Notes: generated from the letters alone by a model not told the origin. A stretch of 58,771 bases of DNA from Chryseobacterium gleum (GCA_943326825.2 CALPUT020000001.1:1-58771); one strand, 5' to 3'. Shown: positions 19,408-28,924, numbered from the stretch's first letter. Translations and numbers: made by a program.

Positions 19408-19565
19408 TCGTTTTTATTTTTTGACTTAAAGTATCGAATTAATTTCTTAATAGGAAACCAGAGAATAGCAATCATTGAAATAACAAATGAAGATAGAATA
19501 CCAATAATTACTGCAGCTGTTCCAGTTCCCATTCCAGGACCAATATATAAAAGCAAATTTTGCAT
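19404..19565 (-). CDS. Small 53-aa single-TM protein not in the ORF track (MQNLLLYIGPGMGTGTAAVIIGILSSFVISMIAILWFPIKKLIRYFKSKNKNE)
   Basis: Fills the intergenic gap exactly: ATG 1 nt after the arylsulfotransferase stop and ATGA overlap with the next gene; TM helix plus basic tail. Confidence 0.8.
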   Translation of the reverse strand: MQNLLLYIGPGMGTGTAAVIIGILSSFVISMIAILWFPIKKLIRYFKSKNKNE

Positions 19566-19566
19566 A

Positions 19567-20901
19567 TTATTCATTTTTCAAAAATGTAAATTTACTAAAT
19601 TCTTCCTCAGTGATATATCTTGACCAACTAAACATACTGAGATGATCTTCATCGATTTTTTCAACATAAGTCCAAATTAGTCCTTTTTCATCTCCAAAAA
19701 GTAACCTTCCAACACAAGTTTCTTCAATAAAAACACCTTTTTTATCAATTACTTTAGATCTGCCTTCTAATATTGTTTGAATTTTATTTTTTGAAAATAG
19801 TTCATTATAATTTGTTGTTGTTTTATTTTTTTCAAAATCTACAATATAATGATGATTGGTTTTATTTATAAAATGATTGTTTTTAGATGTAAATTTTCCA
19901 TCGATAATATCATTTCCAAATACACCAATTTGAGTAGAATTGATAATGTCAATGTCATGTTGTTTTAACCAAGGACCACTTTGTTTCCAAATAATTTTAT
20001 TTTCATTTGGTCGATATAAAAAAATCATATTTCGATTTCTCAAGCTAATGAATAAATCACCTTTTTTCCAATACTTTGAGTTTGATAAAACTGGTTCGAT
20101 ATCATTTATATGGAAATAATCAATATTCCCTTTATTTATATCTTCTGAGCCAGTATTTGTTAGGATTTCTCCAATGTTAATTTTATTTTCAACTAATATT
20201 TCAAAAATTGATTTTTTAAATATTAGTTCACCAGTATTTCCATTGATTTTATAAATACAATCATCATTTAAATCATATTTAATTACATTTTTTTGTGAGC
20301 TATTATCACCACATGTCCAGTAATATATTTGATTTTCTTTCTCAATTGAATGATGTCTTCTCAAACGTGTTTTTTTCCAAATAAAATTAGAGTTTTTATC
20401 TACTTTATACAAACCACCGGCTCCAAATATTATCGACCCATCATTATTTAAAAAAGGGTGATAAATTCTTGTTGAATTTATTGAGAACTCAATTTTTCTA
20501 TTTTTGACAAAGCTATTATTATATTCTGAGATTATTTGGTCGAGTGGAATATTCCATTTATATATTGTTTTACCAGATTTTACACTAACTAATTTGACAA
20601 TTGATTTATCAAGATTTTTGTCCCAAACAGAAATTAAGATATAATCATTTGGGATGTTTTTTCGGTTATAAGTAAATCCATTCTTTAGATTAAATTCATT
20701 TTTAGTTAGAAATTGACATTCGTTTAGATCTTTAAAGTGGTATAGGTTTGAGGGTAAGCTTGCTAAAAAAGTGATTATATCTTTGGATTTTCCATTTACA
20801 GTATTTCCATCCAAATAAACATGTCTTGTAATTCCCATTAATGAAATACCTGCGAAAAAACAAATCCAAAAATAAAATAAATATTTAACAAGTTTTTTCA
20901 T
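19567..20901 (-). CDS. Arylsulfotransferase (ASST) family protein
   Basis: N-terminal anchor; His motifs HHSI, FHIND and QHD; beta-propeller-like repeats such as ISLRNRN.I and IIW..SGPW. Confidence 0.8.
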   Translation of the reverse strand: MKKLVKYLFYFWICFFAGISLMGITRHVYLDGNTVNGKSKDIITFLASLPSNLYHFKDLNECQFLTKNEFNLKNGFTYNRKNIPNDYILISVWDKNLDKSIVKLVSVKSGKTIYKWNIPLDQIISEYNNSFVKNRKIEFSINSTRIYHPFLNNDGSIIFGAGGLYKVDKNSNFIWKKTRLRRHHSIEKENQIYYWTCGDNSSQKNVIKYDLNDDCIYKINGNTGELIFKKSIFEILVENKINIGEILTNTGSEDINKGNIDYFHINDIEPVLSNSKYWKKGDLFISLRNRNMIFLYRPNENKIIWKQSGPWLKQHDIDIINSTQIGVFGNDIIDGKFTSKNNHFINKTNHHYIVDFEKNKTTTNYNELFSKNKIQTILEGRSKVIDKKGVFIEETCVGRLLFGDEKGLIWTYVEKIDEDHLSMFSWSRYITEEEFSKFTFLKNE

Positions 20902-20947
20902 TGTTTGAGAACACCTTTTAGTAAATGTAAAGATATTACTTTAAACT

Positions 20948-20969
20948 AAAAAAGGGGCCAAAGCCCCTT
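20948..20969 (-). terminator. Intrinsic terminator after mdh
   Basis: AAGGGGC-caaa-GCCCCTT with an A tract on +. Confidence 0.8.
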
Positions 20970-20993
20970 AATTATTATTATTTTAATCAAAGA

Positions 20994-21935
20994 TTATGCA
21001 TTAATTAAGTTCATACCGTCTAAAACATTCATAACGTCTTTAACAGCTTTAGCAGACTCATCTAATAATGCTTTTTCTTCAGCATTTAAATCTAATTCAA
21101 TGATTTTTTCGATACCATTTTTCCCTAATACTACAGGAACTCCTAAGTAAATATCTTTTAATCCGTATTCACCTGTTAACCAAGCACAAACTGGGAAAAT
21201 TCTTTTTTGATCTCTAACGATAGCTTCAACCATCTGAGCAGCAGCAGCTCCTGGAGCATACCAAGCAGAAGTTCCTAATAATTTAACGATTTCACCACCA
21301 CCAAATTTAGTTCTCTCGATGATTTCGTTTAATTTTTCTTCAGAAATTAATTCTGTTACCGGAATACCAGCAACAGTCGTATATCTTGGAAGTGGAACCA
21401 TAGTGTCACCATGACCACCCATTAATACTGCTTGGATATCTTTTGGAGATACGTTTAATTCTGTTGCTAAAAATGCACGGTAACGAGCTGTGTCTAATAC
21501 ACCAGCCATTCCAAATACGTTTTTTGAATCAACTTTAGCTGTTAAATATGCACAATAAGTCATAACGTCTAAAGGATTAGAAACGATAATGATTTTAGCA
21601 TTTGGAGAATACTTAACGATATTTTCTGTTACAGATTTTACAATACCTGCATTTGTAGCGATAAGGTCATCACGAGACATTCCAGGTTTTCTTGGTAAAC
21701 CAGAAGTAATAACTACTACATCAGAATCTGCAGTTTTTGAATAATCATTAGTTGAACCAACAGTTCTTGAATCGTAAAGACCGATTGGAGAAGACTGCCA
21801 AATATCTAAAGCTTTACCTTCAGCAAATCCATCTTTAATGTCAAGCAAAACGATTTCGTTTGCAATCTCTCTATGAGCTAAAACATCAGCGCAAGTTGCT
21901 CCAACGTTTCCAGCACCTACTACAGTTACTTTCAT
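20994..21935 (-). CDS. mdh: Malate dehydrogenase (LDH-like)
   Basis: VVGAGNVG, PRKPGMSRDDL, VSNPLD, LDTAR and GGHGD motifs. Confidence 0.96.
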   Translation of the reverse strand: MKVTVVGAGNVGATCADVLAHREIANEIVLLDIKDGFAEGKALDIWQSSPIGLYDSRTVGSTNDYSKTADSDVVVITSGLPRKPGMSRDDLIATNAGIVKSVTENIVKYSPNAKIIIVSNPLDVMTYCAYLTAKVDSKNVFGMAGVLDTARYRAFLATELNVSPKDIQAVLMGGHGDTMVPLPRYTTVAGIPVTELISEEKLNEIIERTKFGGGEIVKLLGTSAWYAPGAAAAQMVEAIVRDQKRIFPVCAWLTGEYGLKDIYLGVPVVLGKNGIEKIIELDLNAEEKALLDESAKAVKDVMNVLDGMNLINA

Positions 21936-22058
21936 GTGTTTAATTTATTACTTGATTTTTTAATTCAAAATATCGATTACGAAGTTAAACATTTTGTAGT
22001 ATTTGTAGTATAATTGTGTGTAATTATTTATAAAAAGTTAAAATATTACTTTTTTTAG

Positions 22059-22082
22059 GCAACCAACAATTATTGTTTGCGT
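22059..22082 (+). promoter_or_regulatory. Putative autoregulatory ECF promoter (GCAAC-N16-CGT)
   Basis: AAC at 22061 and CGT at 22080, immediately upstream of the ECF sigma gene. Confidence 0.55.
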
Positions 22083-22094
22083 TTGTAATATATA

Positions 22095-22673
22095 TTGATT
22101 GTGGAAAATAAAGAGAAGCTAAAAGAGATTATTGCAGGTTGCTTACAGAACAAACGTAAAGCACAGCAAGAGTTATTTCAGTTTTTTTATGGACGAATGT
22201 TAACTGTTTGTTTGAGATACACAAACGACAGAGATACAGCACAAGAAGTATTACAAGAAGGATTCATCAAGGTCTTTGAAAAGTTAAATACGTTTGATTA
22301 TAATGGTTCATTTGAAGGTTGGGTAAGAAGAATTTTTGTAAATACTTCGATTGATTATATCCGAAAATCTAAAAAAGATCCATTTTTAACAGATAATGAT
22401 AATGATTTTAAATTAGGTGCTGAAAACTTAATGGAAGATCAGGAGGAAATGGAAGTTGTTAATTTGAAAGCAGAAATTGCTTTGGATGCTATACAACAAC
22501 TTTCTCCAGCTTATAGATCTGTTTTTAATCTTTACGTTTTAGAGGATTATTCACACAAAGAAATCGCTGAAATATTAGGGATAAGTGAGGGGACTTCTAA
22601 ATCAAACTTATCAAAAGCGAAGGTGAATCTTCAAAAAATATTAGAACAAAAATTTGCTAACATACGAGAATGA
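22095..22673 (+). CDS. ECF-family RNA polymerase sigma factor (true start may be GTG at 22101)
   Basis: Region 2 AQEVLQEGFIKVF...FEGWVRRI and region 4 YSHKEIAEILGISEGTSKSNL. Confidence 0.93.
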   Translation: MIVENKEKLKEIIAGCLQNKRKAQQELFQFFYGRMLTVCLRYTNDRDTAQEVLQEGFIKVFEKLNTFDYNGSFEGWVRRIFVNTSIDYIRKSKKDPFLTDNDNDFKLGAENLMEDQEEMEVVNLKAEIALDAIQQLSPAYRSVFNLYVLEDYSHKEIAEILGISEGTSKSNLSKAKVNLQKILEQKFANIRE

Positions 22674-23917
22674 ATATGAACTTAGAAAATAACATAAAAC
22701 AAAGCTTAAAAAACTTTGAAATGCCTTATGATCAAAAGGCTTGGGAGGCTCTGAGTCAAAAATTAGATGCAAAAATGCCTACAGATAATCCTAATTTTAG
22801 AAAAATCAGCTTTAAGTACTTTGTTGCAGCTGGAGTTCTTTCAGTTGTTGCGATTACTCTTTTGTTAATAAATTATACAAACTCTAATGAATCAAAATTA
22901 AATGATGTTTCTCAAAATGGAAAAACAATTCAAATTCAACCAACTAATACTATTGAAAAGGTTAATGAACAAGAAATAAAAAATAATAAAACATCAACGA
23001 TATCTGACACATCAGTTACTAAACAAATTAGTAAAGAACACGTTGAAAAAACAGAACTAGAAATAATTAATCAAGATAAATTAAATCAAAATATAGGATT
23101 GGTCTACAAAGCGAGTATTCCTGCTACTTCATCTTTAAAACCTGCATCGACTAAATTTCATATTCCTACCATTCAAGATGTTTGTGTAAATGAAAAATTG
23201 AAAATTGAAAATACAAATAATGAAAATTTAATAATTATTGCACCTAATAAAAAGCAAACAATTGTTGAATCAAACAAAGCATTAAATTTCATTCCAACTG
23301 CTGAAGGCGAATATCAAATAGCTCATATTGTGAATGAAAAACTTATTGTCGAAACTTATTTTAACGTAAAAGCAAATCAAACAGCTGAGTTTATTATTGA
23401 TAATGAAAATTCTTTTAACGAGAAAGAATTGCCAACAGTTGTTTTGAAATCGACCTCAGTTGGTAATGACTATAATTGGATGATTGATGGTAAACTATTA
23501 AATTCTAATTCAAAAGAAATAGAAGCGTATTTATATAAAAAAGGTAATTACACTGCGACTTTAATTCTGACACATCAAAATGGATGTAAGTCAAAAGAAT
23601 CTAAATCGATTCGAATAGTAAAAGATTATAATTTATTGGCAGTAGATGCATTTGAACCAATGAGTTCTAATTCAAAGTTGAATTCATTTATTCCATTTGC
23701 ACTTACTAAAAGAGATGTTCGTTTTACAATGATTATTTATGATGTAAATGGAAATCAAGTATATAAAACAAGTGATGCAAATGAACCTTGGAATGGTTTT
23801 GATTCTAGAACAAATGAAACAGTTAAATCTGGATCAATGTATGTATGGAAAGTAATGATTGATAATCCGGAAGAAGGCGAAAAAGGTCAATACGGAGGAA
23901 GTGTGATTATAAGATAA
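22670..23917 (+). CDS. Anti-sigma-like membrane protein with PKD/Ig-like domains and a T9SS type-B-like C-terminal domain
   Basis: N-terminal IKQSL.NFE.P....W..L..KLD, one TM helix, PKD-like YNW...Y.KKGNYTATL, C-terminal AF.P...IYDVNGNQVY.T....WNG...YVW. Confidence 0.65.
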   Translation: MNMNLENNIKQSLKNFEMPYDQKAWEALSQKLDAKMPTDNPNFRKISFKYFVAAGVLSVVAITLLLINYTNSNESKLNDVSQNGKTIQIQPTNTIEKVNEQEIKNNKTSTISDTSVTKQISKEHVEKTELEIINQDKLNQNIGLVYKASIPATSSLKPASTKFHIPTIQDVCVNEKLKIENTNNENLIIIAPNKKQTIVESNKALNFIPTAEGEYQIAHIVNEKLIVETYFNVKANQTAEFIIDNENSFNEKELPTVVLKSTSVGNDYNWMIDGKLLNSNSKEIEAYLYKKGNYTATLILTHQNGCKSKESKSIRIVKDYNLLAVDAFEPMSSNSKLNSFIPFALTKRDVRFTMIIYDVNGNQVYKTSDANEPWNGFDSRTNETVKSGSMYVWKVMIDNPEEGEKGQYGGSVIIR

Positions 23918-24857
23918 TTTCAGGATTTGAATTTTTAAATTCGACTAATTTAGCTTCTAACTTCATTCTGGTTTCAATTGTTTCTTTTGATTCAGAATGT
24001 AAGTACTTATGAGATATTTGTTTTTTTAAAGTATTGATTTCATTTACTAATGAATTTGTTTTTATATCAAAAAAACCATATTTAATCTTACTCCAAATAT
24101 ATTCTACAGCTTCATCTGACGGATGTATTAAATCTGACTTAAAGAAGCGATAATCTCTCAATTCATCAATCATGATTTCATATGAAGGAAAGTAATTCGA
24201 ATTTACATTTTCATTAATTTGTCTAATAGATTCAATTAGAATTGATTTACTTTGATTATTTTCAATTAATCCATCTTTAATATGTCTTACAGGACTTACT
24301 GTAAAAATGATTTGAATAGTTGGGTTTACTTGCCTAATTTGTTCGATTGTATTTTCCCATCTACTTACGATCAAATCAATAGGTGAAAGCTCCTTCCTAA
24401 AGTGATTTGAAGGCATTTTATGACAATTTGCAACTAAACCTGTATTATCAGTTGTATCATTTAGTATATATCCCCAAGCTGAACCAAAGGTAATAAATAT
24501 TGTATGTGATGATTTTAGCCAATCTAGGAAATTACATCTGATTTCACTAAGTTTTTTATTGAAATCATTAATATCGAAATCATAAATCAAACTGCTTGCA
24601 TCCCAACTTAGAAAAATATCTTTTCGTTGGAAAATCCGCTCAGATGTTTGATTTGTATCGATACAATTATCTATGAATTTACTTAATAAAATTGGATTGA
24701 AAATAGTACCAAAAGGATTCGCTAATGTTTTAAATCCATGATAGCTAAATTTTGAACTTATTTCATCAGAAAAGCAACTTCCTAAAAATAATACTTGTTT
24801 TTCATGATTGATATAATGATAGGATTTTTTATGTTCAAAATTTAATTTAAAATCCAT
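23907..24857 (-). CDS. GSCFA domain protein (SGNH-like)
   Basis: LGSCFS, NPFG.IFNP, FTVSPVRH, YFPSYEI..DELRDYRF and D.IHP motifs. Confidence 0.9.
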   Translation of the reverse strand: MDFKLNFEHKKSYHYINHEKQVLFLGSCFSDEISSKFSYHGFKTLANPFGTIFNPILLSKFIDNCIDTNQTSERIFQRKDIFLSWDASSLIYDFDINDFNKKLSEIRCNFLDWLKSSHTIFITFGSAWGYILNDTTDNTGLVANCHKMPSNHFRKELSPIDLIVSRWENTIEQIRQVNPTIQIIFTVSPVRHIKDGLIENNQSKSILIESIRQINENVNSNYFPSYEIMIDELRDYRFFKSDLIHPSDEAVEYIWSKIKYGFFDIKTNSLVNEINTLKKQISHKYLHSESKETIETRMKLEAKLVEFKNSNPEIIL

Positions 24858-24860
24858 TTT

Positions 24861-26231
24861 TTAAAAGAATTTATTACGTCTAATAATATGATCAATAGGT
24901 ATATGAATCGTACCAAACATTTCATGTGAACTTAACGAATCTATAGCAAAACCAATTTTAGTGCCTTTTTGTGACCAAATCCCATGATTTTTATTACTCA
25001 TTACTTGTTTTGGATAACTCTCTCCTGAAAAAAACAATAGTGAATTAGTTTTTTTTACGAATGATAGAGGGGGAGATGCTAAAAATTGAAAATGATTTTG
25101 ATGTTTAGTTAGAATTCCTTTTGCAAATAATTTGTTAATCAAATTTGTTGAATTTTGATTAACAGAAAGTAATAATGAAAAACCAGGTATTTTTTCTTCT
25201 TTAACACTCTTAACTTCTGTGACATTGAATTCTTCATCCATTACTGACTCAATATAAGTTTCATGAAGTATTGCTATTCCACCTTGTGTAAAACATAAAT
25301 CGCCTTCCCAAGCATCTAAAAACTCTTTCGTTGGAAAACTAATTTTCTTACCTAGATTAACTAAGAATTTGTGTATAGGATCATTATTAGCATTTCTCAA
25401 TTTCGAAATATCAATATGAATGTTTAATTGTTTGACAACAGAATTTGATGAAGACAACTCAATTCCGGGTTTCTTCAGTTTAATATTTAAAGGTTTTTTG
25501 TTCTTGAAATAAGATAATAGACTAAAACTAGAAGAATCACTATTATGAGCAAACAGAGCAGTTTCTAGCCCTTGATCTTTTAATTTTTTCCAATTTGAAT
25601 AAATAACTAATTTTTCATCTTTAAAATGTTTTTCTTTTAGGAATGCTTTCCAACATTTTTTAATACCACCTTTTTTTGCATTTAAGATGTGATTGTAGTT
25701 TTTTGAAAATTCTGTTCCCTTGTATAGAAAAAGCCAATTTTTATCATACGTCAAATACCCTTTTTCTTTCGTGTATTTATAAACTTTTTGTTCATTCCAA
25801 AGTGTGTCTTTAATATCTATGAATTTGCTAATTCGTTGTATTCCTGGAAGTACCTTGCTGCTATCGGTTACTTCTAACATTATTCCCCAATTTCCATTTT
25901 CATTTGCGAAAATATAAATAGGTTTTTGAAGATTCAAACCATAACTTTTCCCTTGACCTAGTAAGAATTCATAAGAGAATAAGTCTCTAAAAGGGACTTT
26001 GTGATAAAACAACATTTCATTTGTTTCTTTAGCAACATCAAGAATATAGCAACGTCCTAAAAAGTCAGCTTCAGGCAGCCTGTCTTCTATCGAAGGTTTT
26101 TCGTAGAAGCCATTAAAGTATGGTCTCAAAAAAAGAATACTTGCTAAAGTAGTCGCAAGAATAATTAAGAAAGTTGTTTTACGAAGAAAGATCTTAATTC
26201 TCCTTCGTAAGTTTTTACTTAGAAATGACAT
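24861..26231 (-). CDS. Hypothetical membrane-anchored protein, apparent paralog of the upstream gene
   Basis: 456-aa ORF with basic N-terminus and TM helix; shares a T.IE...DE..N motif with the neighbouring gene. Confidence 0.7.
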   Translation of the reverse strand: MSFLSKNLRRRIKIFLRKTTFLIILATTLASILFLRPYFNGFYEKPSIEDRLPEADFLGRCYILDVAKETNEMLFYHKVPFRDLFSYEFLLGQGKSYGLNLQKPIYIFANENGNWGIMLEVTDSSKVLPGIQRISKFIDIKDTLWNEQKVYKYTKEKGYLTYDKNWLFLYKGTEFSKNYNHILNAKKGGIKKCWKAFLKEKHFKDEKLVIYSNWKKLKDQGLETALFAHNSDSSSFSLLSYFKNKKPLNIKLKKPGIELSSSNSVVKQLNIHIDISKLRNANNDPIHKFLVNLGKKISFPTKEFLDAWEGDLCFTQGGIAILHETYIESVMDEEFNVTEVKSVKEEKIPGFSLLLSVNQNSTNLINKLFAKGILTKHQNHFQFLASPPLSFVKKTNSLLFFSGESYPKQVMSNKNHGIWSQKGTKIGFAIDSLSSHEMFGTIHIPIDHIIRRNKFF

Positions 26232-28119
26232 AAATGCTATTTATCAAATCAAGAATATATTTGCCAGAATTTTCATATTGTCCAGTAAATCCATAAGTGA
26301 TGTCAAAAGAAGTGTTTTTGATCGTTGTCTTAGAAGATGTCAATTCCATTACACCTGTTTTTCCTCTCATAGCATCTAATAGATCATTTTGTTCACTCGT
26401 AAACATTCCCCTTGGTAATTTATCTATAACTTTGCTCCAATCAATATAAGCGTATGCAAATCCACTTTTTTTATTCTTTTTAGCAATATCTCCAGATAAC
26501 GCTTCTTTACCATATCCATTAGAATGATTTTTTGCCATATCCTCATCATTTGTAAATATGAATAAACCATTTTTATTTATCATATAAAGAGGAACTGATT
26601 CAAGTATTACATTATCAAATTTCCAATAGTTTCCATAGTTTTTACATTGAGACGTAATTCTTGAAATATGATTTAATATTAATTCTGGAATATCTTTTCG
26701 ATCAGTTGATACACCTATGGCAAATAGTGGCATATCAACCTCTTGTTCAACTTCTTTTTCTTCATAATTTAAATTTTCATCATAAGTATATTCAATTTTT
26801 GTTGTTTTCACTTTTTTTATTCCATTAAAAGTTCCGAAAACACTTCCCTTGTATGTACCAAATAATGCATCTTTATCAACGAATTCATTTAATAATTCAA
26901 GAGTTAATAGTGTAGAAGAAACACGTGCATTCTTCTCTTTTTGTAATATTGGGATAATGATTTTATAAGCCTGCTCATATGCTTCTTTTAAATTGACATT
27001 GTAAGTGAAATGAGCAGAATTATTCTGAGGTATGTATTTGAATACATTTTTATCAAATTTGGCATTGTTCATTTTTTGATAAATTGAACCAAGAGCTTGA
27101 CCGTAATTAGCCGTTAATTTTAATTCGATATTATTTTCATTCAAATAAATGTCACCAAGCATTATATTTCCTGTATAAAGGGCATTGAATTCTTCGTACA
27201 TACTTGGGAACATTGATTGGAAATACCAAAATCCTTGAGCTTTCTTGAAATTTCTTGAATTGTCTAAGTAGAAAATACCTTCTGTTTGATGAGTTAATTG
27301 ATCAGCAAAACTAGAATCTTGATTTTTTAGGTTTATGTTTTTAGTGAAAAGTTCATCGCAAATTTCAAATAGGTATTGACGTTGGAATTCTAATTGAATG
27401 CTATCTCTTAATTCTGAATAATTTTTTTGTCCCGGATCTTCAACTACAACAGGATATTCAGGTTCATTGAATTCCAAACCTTCAGTGTCTTGTTTTATCT
27501 CTTCATTATTGTCTTCATCAAATTCTTTTTCATCAAGAACTTCCTCTTCTATACCAAAGCCTTCTTCATCTATTATCAAAGTATTTCCTCTAGCAATCCA
27601 AACAGAATCTGTGTATTTACTTATTTTTTCTTCTGTAGGATCTACACGAATCAAAACTCCGACATTTCCTTTAATTAATAAGTGGTTGAAATATGAATTG
27701 TAATATTCTACACCAGGTATTTGACTGTCGACTAAATCAAAATCATCAAAAGTTGAAAATAACTGTTTTTTACTTTTAATTCCAAATGTAAATCCAGATA
27801 CTTCAAAATCTTTTCCTCTTCCATAAAATACATTTAATTTAGAATCAAAATCAATACCTGAATCTTTTAACGTTTTACCTGAAGTAGAACCATCAAACAA
27901 TTCAGATTGAACCTCTTCCATAAATTCATAACGGACCAATTCGTCCATTGAAATTTTTTGAAGTATAGAAATATTATTTAAACTGAAAACTGTAACGGCT
28001 TCTTTAGGAATAAAATCCTCAGAACGTTGATTAAACGCATAAAATGAAGTGAGTACAAATACAATTGTAAAAAGTACTTGATTGAATGATTTAATATATA
28101 TTATTGAATGTTTTTCCAT
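26215..28119 (-). CDS. Hypothetical exported protein (possibly DUF4836-like) with an acidic insertion
   Basis: 634-aa ORF with signal-like N-terminus, IP..A..V and SGIDF motifs, and an E/D-rich stretch. Confidence 0.65.
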   Translation of the reverse strand: MEKHSIIYIKSFNQVLFTIVFVLTSFYAFNQRSEDFIPKEAVTVFSLNNISILQKISMDELVRYEFMEEVQSELFDGSTSGKTLKDSGIDFDSKLNVFYGRGKDFEVSGFTFGIKSKKQLFSTFDDFDLVDSQIPGVEYYNSYFNHLLIKGNVGVLIRVDPTEEKISKYTDSVWIARGNTLIIDEEGFGIEEEVLDEKEFDEDNNEEIKQDTEGLEFNEPEYPVVVEDPGQKNYSELRDSIQLEFQRQYLFEICDELFTKNINLKNQDSSFADQLTHQTEGIFYLDNSRNFKKAQGFWYFQSMFPSMYEEFNALYTGNIMLGDIYLNENNIELKLTANYGQALGSIYQKMNNAKFDKNVFKYIPQNNSAHFTYNVNLKEAYEQAYKIIIPILQKEKNARVSSTLLTLELLNEFVDKDALFGTYKGSVFGTFNGIKKVKTTKIEYTYDENLNYEEKEVEQEVDMPLFAIGVSTDRKDIPELILNHISRITSQCKNYGNYWKFDNVILESVPLYMINKNGLFIFTNDEDMAKNHSNGYGKEALSGDIAKKNKKSGFAYAYIDWSKVIDKLPRGMFTSEQNDLLDAMRGKTGVMELTSSKTTIKNTSFDITYGFTGQYENSGKYILDLINSIYVISK

Positions 28120-28139
28120 GAAAAGTGAATGCTTAAAAT

Positions 28140-28823
28140 CTAATCTTTTTTCAAAGGACTAAGATAGATTGTATTTTCTAATAAATTGATGTTTTGTAAT
28201 AAAGAATAGGTATTAGTTTGAAGCATTATCGCTAATTTACTTGGCGCTAATTTAGCATTTATATTTAGTGATTTTTCAATCGGACGATCAAAACGAGTTA
28301 CAGATGTATACTTTCCTTGTTTTAATCGTTCAATTTCATTTTCTGTTAAGTTTTTTGACTTATTAATCGTATAATCGGGGATGTTTCGGATCAGTTTCTG
28401 ACCATCCCAAATGATCCAGTTTTCAGATAATTCTTTGATATTGTAATCTAATTTTTCTTCTATGATTACTTGGTGAACAGCATCTTGTAAAGCTGAAACT
28501 GAAGTAAAATCACATTTAATCTTAAAAATATAATCGGTATAATTACTTTCAATCGTTAAATTTGATATGCCAGGTTTTAATTCAAATTTTGATTTAAAAT
28601 GATTTATTTTTTGCTTGATTTCTTCAATAGAAGGTACTTTTTTTCCGTCCAAACTGTCAAGAGCTAAAACAGAATTAATTTTAATTTTGCTTGCACTAAG
28701 GTTTATCGTATATTTAAAAGAACCAGTTCCATCAGAATTCATTGTCAAATCATCAATAATTTCAATGCAAGAACTCATTGAGAATATCGTAATAATCGAA
28801 AGGATGTAAATCATTAATTTCAT
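28140..28823 (-). CDS. Hypothetical lipoprotein
   Basis: Lipobox MSSC followed by IEIIDDLTMNSDGTG. Confidence 0.7.
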   Translation of the reverse strand: MKLMIYILSIITIFSMSSCIEIIDDLTMNSDGTGSFKYTINLSASKIKINSVLALDSLDGKKVPSIEEIKQKINHFKSKFELKPGISNLTIESNYTDYIFKIKCDFTSVSALQDAVHQVIIEEKLDYNIKELSENWIIWDGQKLIRNIPDYTINKSKNLTENEIERLKQGKYTSVTRFDRPIEKSLNINAKLAPSKLAIMLQTNTYSLLQNINLLENTIYLSPLKKD

Positions 28824-28850
28824 AAGTACAAATTTAGCTAAAAGGAAGTT

Positions 28851-28865
28851 TCAAAAACAATACCA
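28851..28865 (-). promoter_or_regulatory. sigma54-like -24/-12 element (TGGTATTGTTTTTGA)
   Basis: GG and TTG at the spacing of TGGCAC-N5-TTGC, upstream of the gene starting at 28823. Confidence 0.4.
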
Positions 28866-28924
28866 AGAAAATTTAGTTTTTCTTAACATATCAACATTCA
28901 GTATGAATTTCTTATTTTTGAAAT

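Noticed and set aside
17448..20940. Mobile-element boundaries around the sulfation cassette
   Set aside because: No integrase, transposase, tRNA or flanking direct repeats were seen.
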